Shown here: positions 39,651-49,276 of the stretch, piece after piece
Numbering within the stretch: position 1 is the stretch's first letter
How the letters are laid out: every line of letters starts with the position of its first letter
NCBI GenBank assembly: GCA_050010635.1
Contig: JBEKKR010000004.1
Coordinates: 1,074-65,073, forward strand
Reading direction: 5' to 3'
DNA from: Candidatus Limnocylindrales bacterium
Lineage (GTDB): Bacteria > Chloroflexota > Limnocylindria > Limnocylindrales > CSP1-4
Length of the DNA stretch: 64,000 nt
The notes under the pieces: model-generated
Told to the model about the DNA's origin: nothing
Database searches by the model: none
The model's input: only the letters and a program-made list of their open reading frames with translations
Program-made: the position numbers and the translations under genes

Positions 39651-40562
39651 CTAGGTCGCCGGCGCCGGCTCGACCCGTTCGGGGGGCTCGGGAGTGGCCT
39701 GGTCCGAGGTCCCGGCCGGAGCCTCGGGGTGGCGGCGGACCCACCAGTGCCGGATCACGATCGTGACTATCGCGGCGGCGGCCGCGCCCAAACCGATCAG
39801 CTGCGCGGTGGCGAGACCGAAGATCGTCCAGTTCCAGCCGCTCCGGAAGGTCTCGAGGATGCTTCGCTCCACGCCGTACCAGACGAGGTACAGGAGGCCG
39901 ACGTCGCCGGCGATGAGGAGCCGGCCGCGGGCGGTGAAGCGGCGCCACAGGAAGAGCAGCACGACGACACCGAGCAGGCTCAGCATCGATTCGTAGAAGA
40001 AGAGCGGGATGAAGTGGGCGTCCACCAGCGTCGTGCCACCCTGCGCCGGGCAGGCAAACTCGGCCACGCGATACTGGCACTGGATGGCGATGCCCCAGGG
40101 CAGGTTGGTCGGCGGGCCGTACAGCTCCTGGTTCATGAAGTTGCCCCAGCGGCCGACGGCCTGGGCAAGCAGCACGCACGGGACGATGAGATCCCCCCAC
40201 CGCCAGAACGACTCGTGGTAGTGGCGAGTCAGCCAGAGGATGGCGATCATCCCGGTGAAGACGCCGCCGTAGATACCCAGTCCGCTGTACGGCGGCAGGA
40301 AGATCTGGGCGATGTGGTCCTTGTAGTCCAGCCCGGTGGACCATTGATCGATCACGTGGTACGCCCGCCCGCCGATCAGGGCCGCGATTGCCACGATGAT
40401 CAGGCTGTCCATGAGCACGTCGATCCGCATGCCGCGCTGACGGGCAAGGCGGAACAGCAGCCATGCCGCGGCCAGGATCGCGGCCACGTAGCCGATCCCG
40501 TACCAGCGGATCTCGAGAGGGCCAAGGGCAAGGGCTACCGGGTTGGGCGTGAAGTCGATCAT
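39651..40562 (-). CDS. lgt: Prolipoprotein diacylglyceryl transferase
   Basis: IRWYG, GLGIYGG, GRWGNFMNQELYG, P.FFYES and RSILETFR motifs. Confidence 0.93.
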   Translation of the reverse strand: MIDFTPNPVALALGPLEIRWYGIGYVAAILAAAWLLFRLARQRGMRIDVLMDSLIIVAIAALIGGRAYHVIDQWSTGLDYKDHIAQIFLPPYSGLGIYGGVFTGMIAILWLTRHYHESFWRWGDLIVPCVLLAQAVGRWGNFMNQELYGPPTNLPWGIAIQCQYRVAEFACPAQGGTTLVDAHFIPLFFYESMLSLLGVVVLLFLWRRFTARGRLLIAGDVGLLYLVWYGVERSILETFRSGWNWTIFGLATAQLIGLGAAAAAIVTIVIRHWWVRRHPEAPAGTSDQATPEPPERVEPAPAT

Positions 40563-40717
40563 CGTCGGACAGTGTACCGGCCCGGGCGGTTCGGCTCGCG
40601 CACACGGCGCGATCCGTATACTGGCCGGGACGCCTGGCCGTTCTGGCCTCCGGTGCCTGCGGCGGCGGCCGCGTTACGCGATACATCGACGACAACCGCC
40701 CCACGGAAGGGCCCGAA

Positions 40718-41038
40718 ATGCCGTTCTACTTCTTCTTCGGACTTCTCGGTCTGGTCATCGGCGGTCTGCTGACCTGGTTCTTCCTGGCCGACCACCCTTT
40801 CGAGTCGCTCGAGACGCCGGGCGGTCCGGTCGATCTCCTGGAGGCTGGCCTGCTGGCCAAGGAGCTGGCGGCCGACGGCATCGAGATCGACGAGGCGACA
40901 ATCGTCCGGCTCCTCAACATGCACGGCGCCTACGTTGACGGCCAGATCCGGGAGGCCCAAGCCGCGGCCGAGGCCGAGCGGATCGACGCCGACCGCAAGC
41001 AGATCCGGCAGGAGAAGGCCGGCAACGACGCCGGCTGA
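40718..41038 (+). CDS. Hypothetical single-TM protein
   Basis: N-terminal hydrophobic helix, acidic helical C-terminus, GGAAGG SD. Confidence 0.7.
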   Translation: MPFYFFFGLLGLVIGGLLTWFFLADHPFESLETPGGPVDLLEAGLLAKELAADGIEIDEATIVRLLNMHGAYVDGQIREAQAAAEAERIDADRKQIRQEKAGNDAG

Positions 41039-41080
41039 ACCGAGCCCTCGTCGAGCCCGCCTCTAGGCGGCGATGGCCCG

Positions 41081-41848
41081 CTAGGCCACGGTTCCGGCGT
41101 GCAAAGCCACGGAGCCGAGGGCCAGCCGCTTGAACGTGACATCCTTCAGGCCCACTCGGCGCATCGTCGCCGCGATCTCCTCGGGCGCCGGGAACCCGTT
41201 CAGCGAGCTCGGCAGGTACGCGTACGCGGTGCGGCGGCGGAAGAGGGCCCCGATGAACGGCGCCGTGACGCGGAATAGGCCGATGTAGACCCGACCCATG
41301 AATCGGGGCCGCGGCACGGACAGCTCCAGGCAGACGACCCGTCCCCCACTCCGGACGGTTCGGGCCATCTCACGGAAACCGTCTTCGAAGCTGGCCAGGT
41401 TGCGCAACCCGAAGGCGATCGTGGCCGCGTCGAACGTCCCGTCCTCAACCGGCAGCGCCAGGGCATTGCCGAGGACGAACTCGACTCCCGGCATCTCGCC
41501 GAAGGCGCGCCGGGCTTCCTCGATCATGGCCGGCGAGAGATCAACTCCGACGACATGGCCCTCGGGCCCAACCGCGCCGGCCAGGGCCGCCGTCAGCTTG
41601 CCCGTGCCGCAGGCTACGTCCAGGGCGGATCCGCTCTTGGACAGTCGCGCGGCGCGGACCGCGGCCCGCCGCCATCGGCCGTCCATGCCGGCCGTCATGA
41701 GCGTGTTCATCCGGTCGTACACGGGCGCGATCGAGTCGAACATGGTCGTGACGCTGGGCTCGGGCACGGTGTTGCCGGTTCGGCTCGCCTCTCGGGCCCT
41801 CGCTACGGCGCGGGCGGCCTCCGAGCCCGGTTCGCCGGCGCCTGTCAC
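41081..41848 (-). CDS. menG: UbiE/MenG demethylmenaquinone methyltransferase
   Basis: MFDSIAPVYDRMN, LDVACGTG, AFGLRN and YLP.S motifs; GTG start overlaps the lrp stop (GTGA). Confidence 0.9.
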   Translation of the reverse strand: MTGAGEPGSEAARAVARAREASRTGNTVPEPSVTTMFDSIAPVYDRMNTLMTAGMDGRWRRAAVRAARLSKSGSALDVACGTGKLTAALAGAVGPEGHVVGVDLSPAMIEEARRAFGEMPGVEFVLGNALALPVEDGTFDAATIAFGLRNLASFEDGFREMARTVRSGGRVVCLELSVPRPRFMGRVYIGLFRVTAPFIGALFRRRTAYAYLPSSLNGFPAPEEIAATMRRVGLKDVTFKRLALGSVALHAGTVA

Positions 41849-42345
41849 GAGTTCGACGGGCCGGTCAGCTGGTCCGACTCGCGGGCCGTCCGCAGCGGGC
41901 GCCGCTCGAAGGCGCTGGAGAAGACGACCTGGGTTTCGGTCGTGAAGACGTGTCCGACCTGCTGGATCGAATGCAGGACCCGCTCGAGGTGACGCGTATC
42001 GGTCGCGCGAACCTTCAGCAGGTAGTCGGACTCGCCGGCCAGGTGGTGGCACTCCTCGATCTCGTCGATGGCGATGAAGTCGCCCGTCATGTCCGTCGCG
42101 ATCGTGCCCGGCACCTGCTTGATGAAGATGAAGGCCAGCACGCCGTAGCCGAGGAGCGTCGGGTCCACCAGGGCCGAGTAGCCGCGGATCACACCCCTGG
42201 CCTCGAGCTTCTTGACACGCTCGTGGGCGGAGGGCCCGCTCATGCCGACCGCCTGCCCGACCTCCGCGTAGGACTCGCGCCCATCGCGCTGCAGGAGCTC
42301 GAGGATTCGGGCGTCGGTGTCGTCGATCCGTTCGAATGAGCCCAT
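41845..42345 (-). CDS. Lrp/AsnC family transcriptional regulator
   Basis: D.RILELLQRDGR, ERVKKLEARGVIRGY and ECHHLAGESDYLLKV motifs. Confidence 0.93.
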   Translation of the reverse strand: MGSFERIDDTDARILELLQRDGRESYAEVGQAVGMSGPSAHERVKKLEARGVIRGYSALVDPTLLGYGVLAFIFIKQVPGTIATDMTGDFIAIDEIEECHHLAGESDYLLKVRATDTRHLERVLHSIQQVGHVFTTETQVVFSSAFERRPLRTARESDQLTGPSNS

Positions 42346-42471
42346 TCTCGTCTGCGTCCTCGGGCCAGAATCACGAGACGTCCCGGCGCGCCTCAACATT
42401 CAGCCTAGCCCATCCCGGCGGAATCCACAGGCGGCGACCCGGCCATCCGCGTCCGGCGCGAGCCCTCCGGA

Positions 42472-42794
42472 CTACCAGCGGTAGCCGCGACCGCGAGCCT
42501 TGGTGCCGCACGTGCCCGCCGGGAGGTGCGCCTTAAGGCAGGTGACGCCTTTCGCCCCGACCACGGCATCGTGCGGGATCTTGGCCGGCAGGTCGAGCCG
42601 CTCACCCGGGCCGAGCACGAAGCCGACCCCATAGCCGCTCAGGCCGAATGTGATCGAGCCTTCGACGACCACGACCACCTTGTCGTACTCGTGGATGTGC
42701 TGCTCGAATCGCTCGCCCGGAAGATTCGACCAGGCGGAGGCCATCAGGCCTCGGCCTGGAGTCTCGCCTCGATGCTCGCGATCACCCGGCTCAT
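42472..42794 (-). pseudogene. Small cupin protein with apparent 1-bp frameshift near 42749
   Basis: ATG 42794 gives MSRVIASIEARLQAE then a stop; one added G restores ...AEGLMASAWSNLPG..HIHEYDKV...PHDA (cupin His motifs). May be a sequencing error. Confidence 0.6.
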
Positions 42795-42838
42795 CTCGGC
42801 TGCGCTCCCGGTGTGGCGGCGTTTGTTGGTGTAACGCC

Positions 42839-43147
42839 TTAACGGTCATCCCGAGGTCGGGGGCTCGTCCGTCGCCCCTTCTCCGGCCCGGGCATGGTGG
42901 CTTGATTCCTCTCGAGAGTGATACGGTCGGAGGCCGGGGGCAGGTCGGGGGCAGCTTGCCGCCAGGCCGCATCGGCGGCCGCGTCCTGGGCGTCGGTCCC
43001 GGTGGCGACCACGGCGAAGATCGCCAGACCCACGCCGGACCCCACCAGGGCCGCGATCTCGCGGCTGGCGTGAAGAGAGACGAATAGGAATGCCCCAAGC
43101 GGCACCCCGATGAGGGCCGCCGCAACCAGACCCCTGACTCGCTGCAA
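42839..43147 (-). CDS. Hypothetical two-TM membrane protein
   Basis: GAGGAG SD before TTG 43147; two hydrophobic helices. Confidence 0.62.
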   Translation of the reverse strand: MQRVRGLVAAALIGVPLGAFLFVSLHASREIAALVGSGVGLAIFAVVATGTDAQDAAADAAWRQAAPDLPPASDRITLERNQATMPGPEKGRRTSPRPRDDR

Positions 43148-43447
43148 GTGCTCTCCTCGACGGATCTGGCCGCGCACCGGAACGACCGCTACACCGAACG
43201 TGCCCGGTGCCATGCCTTCGGCTGGACGAGCCAGCTCGGCGCCTCCTCGGCGCCTCGACGACGCGCGCACGCGCGAAGGCCACACGGCGTTCGCGCCTGT
43301 GCCGCCATCGTACCGCTACACTCCGAGGACTCGCACCGGCTCCGCGTAATCCACGGTCCGGGCGCCCCTGCCGAGTCAGGGACCGGCTCCGGCCGCCGGA
43401 GCCGACGGCCCGACGATTTCCGTTCGCTTCCCCTCTAGATCGGGACA

Positions 43448-44461
43448 ATGAAGCCGCTCCGATACCTCTCCGCCGCGGAAGTTGCCCTCGCGATGCCGCC
43501 CCTGATGGAGCGGCTGGTCCTGGCCGAGCGGACGATGCGTGCCCTGGGCGGCGCCGTCGAGCTGCCGCCCAAGATCGGAGTCCATCCGAGGCAGCCCGGG
43601 TCCCTGGCCCAGGCCATGCCGGCGCTGCTCCGGGGAGAGGCTCCGGACGGCTCCGCGGACCTCATCGGCGCGAAGTGGATCGCCGGATTCCCGTCGAACC
43701 CGCGGCTCGGGCTGCCGGCCTACCACGCCCTGGTCCTGCTCAACGACCCCTTGACGGGCGAGCCGCTGGCGGTCATGGACGCCGCCTCGATCACGGCCCA
43801 GCGGACCGCCGCTATCAGCGGGACGGCGATCCGCCACCTCCTGCCGGGGGGCGCGGGGCCCGCGGGCGAATCGGTGCGCGTGGGGATCCTCGGGGCGGGC
43901 GCTCAGGCCCGCAGCCACCTGCCGATCCTCGGGCACCTGCTGCCCGCGTGCGCCGTTCGACTGACCGACGTCGACGGGGCGCGGGCCGCGGCGCTCGCCC
44001 GGGAGGCGGCCGCGATCGAAGGGATCGGCTCCGTTGAGGCGGTCGCGGGCGTGCGCGAGGCCGTCGAGTCGGCCGACGTCGTGATCTCGGTCGTCTCGTT
44101 CGGGCCGGACCGGCAGGCGCTCGATCCGGCCTGGCTCGGGCCCGAGACGCTCTTCGTCGCCGTCGACTACGACATGCAGGCCCCGGCCGCGCTGGCTCGC
44201 GAGGCCTTCTTCGCGGTGGACGATCGCGGCCAATTCACGGCGACTCGCTCGGGCCCGGTCTTCGCCGGCTACCCCGACCCGGATGCCACGCTCGGGGAGT
44301 TGTTCCGCGGCGAATCGATGGGTCGCGCCGCGGCGCCCGGCCGCGCCTCGGGACGCGTTCTCGTGACTCACCTGGGCGTCGGCCTGGCGGACGTCGTGTT
44401 CGCGTCGGCCATCCTGGAGCGAGCGGAGCTTCTCGGCCTGGGGCGGATCCTGCCCCGCTGA
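43448..44461 (+). CDS. Ornithine cyclodeaminase / mu-crystallin family protein
   Basis: AMPA, GAKW, TG.PLAVMD...ITAQRTAA, GAGAQA and G.GLAD motifs. Confidence 0.9.
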   Translation: MKPLRYLSAAEVALAMPPLMERLVLAERTMRALGGAVELPPKIGVHPRQPGSLAQAMPALLRGEAPDGSADLIGAKWIAGFPSNPRLGLPAYHALVLLNDPLTGEPLAVMDAASITAQRTAAISGTAIRHLLPGGAGPAGESVRVGILGAGAQARSHLPILGHLLPACAVRLTDVDGARAAALAREAAAIEGIGSVEAVAGVREAVESADVVISVVSFGPDRQALDPAWLGPETLFVAVDYDMQAPAALAREAFFAVDDRGQFTATRSGPVFAGYPDPDATLGELFRGESMGRAAAPGRASGRVLVTHLGVGLADVVFASAILERAELLGLGRILPR

Positions 44462-44495
44462 GGTGGACGGGCCGCCGCGGCCCGGTCGTACGGCC

Positions 44496-44846
44496 CTAGC
44501 GATTGACCTCGAGCGGGCCCTCGGGAACCTCGATCAGGACCCTGCCGCCCTCGATCACTACCGGATAGACCGCGAGCGGCCATTCGGCCGGCGGATCGAT
44601 GACCTCTCCGTCGAGGAGCGAGAAGCGCGACAGGTGGAGCGTGCAGAGGATCGAGTCGCCGATCATGACGCCCCGATCGAGCTCGAAGTACTCGTGCGAG
44701 CAGATTCCCTGGGCGGCGTGGAACGTGCCGTCCAGATTCGTCACGAGGACCGGCTCATCCTCGACCTCGCAGAGCTTCATCGTGCCAGGCGGAACCTCGT
44801 GCGCAGCGCACAGATCGACTCGTCGCAAGCCGGCGGCGCCCCTCAT
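44496..44846 (-). CDS. Rieske-type [2Fe-2S] ferredoxin
   Basis: CSH...CTLH Rieske ligand pair and PPA motif; follows sufD. Confidence 0.9.
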   Translation of the reverse strand: MRGAAGLRRVDLCAAHEVPPGTMKLCEVEDEPVLVTNLDGTFHAAQGICSHEYFELDRGVMIGDSILCTLHLSRFSLLDGEVIDPPAEWPLAVYPVVIEGGRVLIEVPEGPLEVNR

Positions 44847-44853
44847 CTCGGGT

Positions 44854-46293
44854 CTAGGCCACGGCCGCCGGGGCCGCGGCCTGAGTGGTCCCCGGCCGAG
44901 TGCCGGTTCTGGCGTCCCACTTCGCCTCCAGCAGCTGGCGTAGCAGATCCCGGGCCGACTCGAGCGGCACGCGGGCGACCACGGGCTCCAGGTAGCCCAG
45001 GACGATGGCCCGCCGGGCCTCCTCGGGCTCGAGGCCGCGGCTCTCCAGGTAGAAGAGCTGCGACTCGTCGATCGGGCCGACGGAGCTGGCGTGGGCGACG
45101 CGGCGGCAGTCCGGCTGGTCGATCTCCAGGCTCGGGATCGCCACCGACCGCGCCTGTCGGGAAAGCAGCATGCCGAACTCGCCGATGTAGCTGTCCGTGC
45201 CGTGAGCCGTGTGCTCGATCGTGGCCAGGCCCTTCATGTAGACCCGCGATCGATCGGCCAGCGCGCCCTTCGACAGCAGGTTGCCCGTCGTGTCCTTGCC
45301 GACGTGGCGCGTGTAGGAGGTCAGGTCGAAGAGCTGGTCGGCCGAGCCGAAGACGATCTCGGCTTGCTCGACCGCCGAGCCGTCGCCCTCGAGGAAGTTG
45401 TCGATCCGGCTGCGGACGACCCGGCAGCCGAGCTGGGCCAGCGCCCAGCGAACCGTCGCTCCCCTGCTGAGCACGGCCGAGCGATGCTGGAAGGCGACCT
45501 GTCGAAGCGAGAGGTCCTGCAGGCCGGCGAACGAGAGCGTCGAGCCGGCGCCGATCTGGACCTCGGTAGTGCCGGCAAAGAAGGCCTGGGCGTCGGTCGC
45601 GGCGGGCACGGAGCCATCGGCGGAAACCTGTTCCTCCACCACGGAGACTTCGGCATCCTCGCCGAGCGAGATGACGGTTCGAGTCAGCAACGCCGTGTCC
45701 GGCGCGCCGACGATCCAGCGCATGAAGATGGGCCGCTCCAGGTGGACTCCGTTCGGGACGTGGAGCAGCAGCCCATCGGACCACAGGGCCCGGGTCATCT
45801 GGGCGAGCTTGTCGTTCTCGGGCAGGGCGCAGCCGCCCTCGAGAAGGCGGCGCATGAGTTCCGGGTCCCGGGCGCGCAGGCCGGCGAGGGTCTCCAGGAT
45901 GACGCCGGCGACACGAGCTTCCTCCGACAGCACCAGCGCCGTGACGCGGTTCTCGCTTATCTCCGCGTAGGCGGCCGCTCCCTCGGGCAGCAGCTTCGCG
46001 GCGGTCGCGCCGGAGGCCACTGCCGCCGGACCGGCGTACGGCCGCGCGGCAGCTAGCCGCGCGTTCCGAAGATCCACGTACGTGGTGTAGAGCCGGTTCG
46101 TCTCGATCGGGAGGGCGTTGAAGGCGCGAAGCCCCTCGAGCCGATCGGCGAGCAGCCACTCCGGATCGGCCGCCGCCCCGGCGGTGCTCCGCACCGTGGC
46201 CTCGTCGACGAAGGAAAGGGTCAGGTCGGACGGCGCCTGCCGGGCGGGCGCGGCCGGTCTGGAGGCGGCCTCCGCTTCTGGCTGTGCCGTCAT
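44854..46293 (-). CDS. sufD: Fe-S assembly protein SufD
   Basis: SufBD beta-helix, [23 protein letters not shown]; follows sufB. Confidence 0.9.
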   Translation of the reverse strand: MTAQPEAEAASRPAAPARQAPSDLTLSFVDEATVRSTAGAAADPEWLLADRLEGLRAFNALPIETNRLYTTYVDLRNARLAAARPYAGPAAVASGATAAKLLPEGAAAYAEISENRVTALVLSEEARVAGVILETLAGLRARDPELMRRLLEGGCALPENDKLAQMTRALWSDGLLLHVPNGVHLERPIFMRWIVGAPDTALLTRTVISLGEDAEVSVVEEQVSADGSVPAATDAQAFFAGTTEVQIGAGSTLSFAGLQDLSLRQVAFQHRSAVLSRGATVRWALAQLGCRVVRSRIDNFLEGDGSAVEQAEIVFGSADQLFDLTSYTRHVGKDTTGNLLSKGALADRSRVYMKGLATIEHTAHGTDSYIGEFGMLLSRQARSVAIPSLEIDQPDCRRVAHASSVGPIDESQLFYLESRGLEPEEARRAIVLGYLEPVVARVPLESARDLLRQLLEAKWDARTGTRPGTTQAAAPAAVA

Positions 46294-47690
46294 CCGAGCG
46301 AACCCTCCATCTCGAGCTTGACCAGCCGGTTGAACTCGATGGCGTACTCCATCGGGAGTTCCTTGGTGAAGACCTCCAGGAAGCCCTGGACGACCAGGTT
46401 CGTGGCCTCGTTCTCCGTCAGGCCCCGGCTCATCAGGTAGAAGACCTGGTCCTGGCTGATCTTTCCGACGGTGGCTTCATGAGTCATCGTCGTGTCGTCT
46501 TCCTGGATGTCGATGTAGGGGTAAGTGTCCGAGCGGCTGCCCTCGTCGAGCAACAGCGCGTCGCAGCGGACGCTGGCGACGACGCCGGTCGCCCCGGGAA
46601 CCACCTTGAGCTGGCCCCGGTACGTTGTCCGGCCGCCGTCCTTGGAGATGGACTTGCTGATGATCCGGCTGCGCGTGTTGGGCGCGAGGTGGATCGCCTT
46701 CGCCCCGGTGTCCTGGTGCTGGCCCTTGCCTGCCACCGCCACCGAGATCACCTCGGCGGTGGCGCCTTCGCCCCGCAACCAGATGCTCGGGTACTTCATC
46801 GTCAGGCGCGAACCCGTGTTCGCGTCGATCCACTCGACCGTGGAGTTGGCGTGGGCGTGGGCCCGCTTGGTCACGAGGTTGTAGACGTCGTTCGACCAGT
46901 TCTGGATCGTGGTGTAACGGACCTTCGAGCCCGGCAGGGCGATGACCTCGACGACCGCCGCGTGGAGGGCGTCGGTGGTGTAGATGGGGGCCGTGCAGCC
47001 CTCGATGTAGTGGACCTTGGCGCCCTCGTCCACGATGATCAGGGTCCGCTCGAACTGGCCGGTGTTCTCGGCGTTGATGCGGAAGTAGGCCTGCAGCGGC
47101 AGCGGGACCTCGACGCCCTTGGGCACGTAGACGAACGATCCGCCTGACCACACGGCGCTGTTCAGCGCGGCGAACTTGTTGTCTTCGGGCGGGACGACGG
47201 TGGCGAAGTACTTCTTGAAGAGCTCCGGGTACTCCTTGAGCCCCTGGTCCGTGCCCATAAAGACGACGCCGATCTTGGACAGTTCCTCGCGGACGCTGTG
47301 GTAGACGACTTCCGAGTCGTACTGTGCGCCAACGCCGGCGAGGAACTTCCGCTCGGCTTCCGGGATGCCGAGGCGTTCGAACGTCTTCTTGATCTTGTCC
47401 GGGACGTCGTCCCAGGACTTCTCTTCGCCCTCGGATGGCTTGCGGTAGTAAACGATCTTCTCGAAGTCGATATTGCCGAGCTCGCCACCCCACGTCGGCA
47501 TCGGCCGAGAAAGGTAGTGCTCGTAGGCGCGCAGGCGGAAATCGAGCATCCATGCCGGCTCGCCTTTGAACCGGCTGATCGCCTCGACGGTGCCGCGATT
47601 CAGCCCGTGGCCGGTCTGCTCGAGGTAGTCGACGTCGTCGTGGAAGCCGAACTTGTACTCGCTTGAGACGATCTCCGGGCTGGTGGCCAT
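46290..47690 (-). CDS. sufB: Fe-S assembly protein SufB
   Basis: [29 protein letters not shown] and HEATV motifs. Confidence 0.97.
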   Translation of the reverse strand: MATSPEIVSSEYKFGFHDDVDYLEQTGHGLNRGTVEAISRFKGEPAWMLDFRLRAYEHYLSRPMPTWGGELGNIDFEKIVYYRKPSEGEEKSWDDVPDKIKKTFERLGIPEAERKFLAGVGAQYDSEVVYHSVREELSKIGVVFMGTDQGLKEYPELFKKYFATVVPPEDNKFAALNSAVWSGGSFVYVPKGVEVPLPLQAYFRINAENTGQFERTLIIVDEGAKVHYIEGCTAPIYTTDALHAAVVEVIALPGSKVRYTTIQNWSNDVYNLVTKRAHAHANSTVEWIDANTGSRLTMKYPSIWLRGEGATAEVISVAVAGKGQHQDTGAKAIHLAPNTRSRIISKSISKDGGRTTYRGQLKVVPGATGVVASVRCDALLLDEGSRSDTYPYIDIQEDDTTMTHEATVGKISQDQVFYLMSRGLTENEATNLVVQGFLEVFTKELPMEYAIEFNRLVKLEMEGSLG

Positions 47691-47757
47691 GGAGCTCCTT
47701 GGAACAAGGCGGCGGTCCTGCGGAGGGGGGACGCCGGACCGCCGCGAAGGTGGTTTC

Positions 47758-47784
47758 TAATTCCGACTCATATTATCGGGATTA
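47758..47784. promoter_or_regulatory. Rrf2/IscR-like palindromic operator upstream of sufB
   Basis: TAATTCCGAC-TCATATT-ATCGGGATTA imperfect palindrome; AT-rich in a GC-rich background. Confidence 0.7.
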
Positions 47785-47796
47785 CGGCGGGCGGCG

Positions 47797-48189
47797 TCAA
47801 TCGCGGCCTGGTTTGGCGGCCACACGCATGTCGATCTGGGCCATACGCTCGCGCACGATCCGCTCAACGAGGTCTCTCGGGAACGGGTGCTCCGGCGTGA
47901 ACTGGAGCGTGCCTTTTGAGGTCGCATAGCCGGCGAGCTCGTCTCGATGTGTCTCGATCAGCTCCGCGCTCATCGGGAAGAACGAGCAATGCGCCTTGAA
48001 GGCGGCGTAGGAGACGAGCGAACGCCCGCGATACCGGAACGCTGGCATGCCGTAGCTGATCGCCTCCTCGGCCCCGGGAGCCGCCGCGGCGATCGTCCGC
48101 CGGAGATCTTGCATCGCGGCGCGCTGATCGGCCGGCAGCCCCGCGAGCATGGAGTCGATCTGCGCGGTCGCACCCGCCGGATTGGTCAT
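47797..48189 (-). CDS. DUF1801 (YdhG-like) protein
   Basis: APGAEEAISYGMPAF, YAAFKAH and SKGTLQF motifs. Confidence 0.9.
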   Translation of the reverse strand: MTNPAGATAQIDSMLAGLPADQRAAMQDLRRTIAAAAPGAEEAISYGMPAFRYRGRSLVSYAAFKAHCSFFPMSAELIETHRDELAGYATSKGTLQFTPEHPFPRDLVERIVRERMAQIDMRVAAKPGRD

Positions 48190-48524
48190 GACGCGGCCTC
48201 CTTGTGGTCACGGACGCATCGATGCAATGATCGCTGCCCGGTCCAGGGCCCGAGGCGCCCTGGCGTCGCCGGGCCTGGCGGAGACTCCTCGATCCGACCG
48301 AACCGTGCTATTCTGCCGCCCTCCGGTGGTTGACGCCCCCACCCCGCCGTGCCGCGTCGACCCTCGAATCCCGGACGCCCGCGGGTTCCGCCGTTGCGAC
48401 CCTGGGCCTCTATCGTGGAGCGCGCAGGGCAACCGCCGCGACCACCCCCGCCAGATCTCGCCGGGTCGCGGTATGCGGCCGAAGGCTCGGGCCCGCCCCG
48501 CGGCGCGACCAATGAGGAACTCTA

Positions 48525-49118
48525 TTGAAGCGACTCTCGCCGGCGGCGGTCCTGGTAATGACGGCGGCGCTGCTTCTCGTCGTCGATGCCGTGATCCTCA
48601 TCGTGCCGAACGCTCTGGCCGATCCTTCCGCGACTCCGTCGCCGGCGGTCTCCTCTTCGGCCGACGCGAGCCTGCTCGCCGATGCCTCGCCGACGCGCTT
48701 CTTCGACGACCCGACGTGGTTCCCGGCCACGACCGAAAATACCTACATACCTACCCCGACGCCCGGGCCGGCAACGCCCACCCCGGCGCCGAAAGCCAAG
48801 GCGACGCCCGCTCCCACTTACAGGGACACGGTCTGGAACGCCCGGGTCTACGTCAAGAGCCGCGTCGGCGCCAAGGGCTACGACTGCATCAACGCTATCT
48901 GGACGGCGGAATCCGGCTGGAATCCGCTCGCTGGGAACCCGAGCTCGGGAGCGTACGGCATTCCTCAGGCTTTCCCGGGATCCAAGATGGCGGTCTTCGG
49001 GTCCAATTGGCGCTACAGCCCGTTGACCCAGGTGAAGTGGGGTCTCTGGTACGTCACCAACCGCTACGGGTGGGCCTGCGGCGCCTACGACTTCTGGCAG
49101 GCCCACGGCTGGTATTGA
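48525..49118 (+). CDS. Secreted lytic transglycosylase-like protein (Apf-type GWY C-terminal domain)
   Basis: Signal/TM segment, Pro/Thr linker, WTAESGWNP.A.NPSSGAYGIPQA...RYG...GWY with candidate catalytic Glu. Confidence 0.85.
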   Translation: MKRLSPAAVLVMTAALLLVVDAVILIVPNALADPSATPSPAVSSSADASLLADASPTRFFDDPTWFPATTENTYIPTPTPGPATPTPAPKAKATPAPTYRDTVWNARVYVKSRVGAKGYDCINAIWTAESGWNPLAGNPSSGAYGIPQAFPGSKMAVFGSNWRYSPLTQVKWGLWYVTNRYGWACGAYDFWQAHGWY

Positions 49119-49276
49119 GCCCGAGGGCACCTGGGACATGGGCGGAAGTCTCCTCCCCGGCCGGCCGGCCTCCTTTCCGATCGGATTTGGATTACGCTCC
49201 AAACGTATGGCAGGCTGATCCGGAGCAGCCGCTCCAACGGCGACCTTGACTCGGGCAGTGGAGGGGGATTCGGAAC

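Noticed and set aside
48300-48524. Possible c-di-AMP (ydaO) riboswitch before the transglycosylase
   Set aside because: The characteristic conserved segments are not visible.
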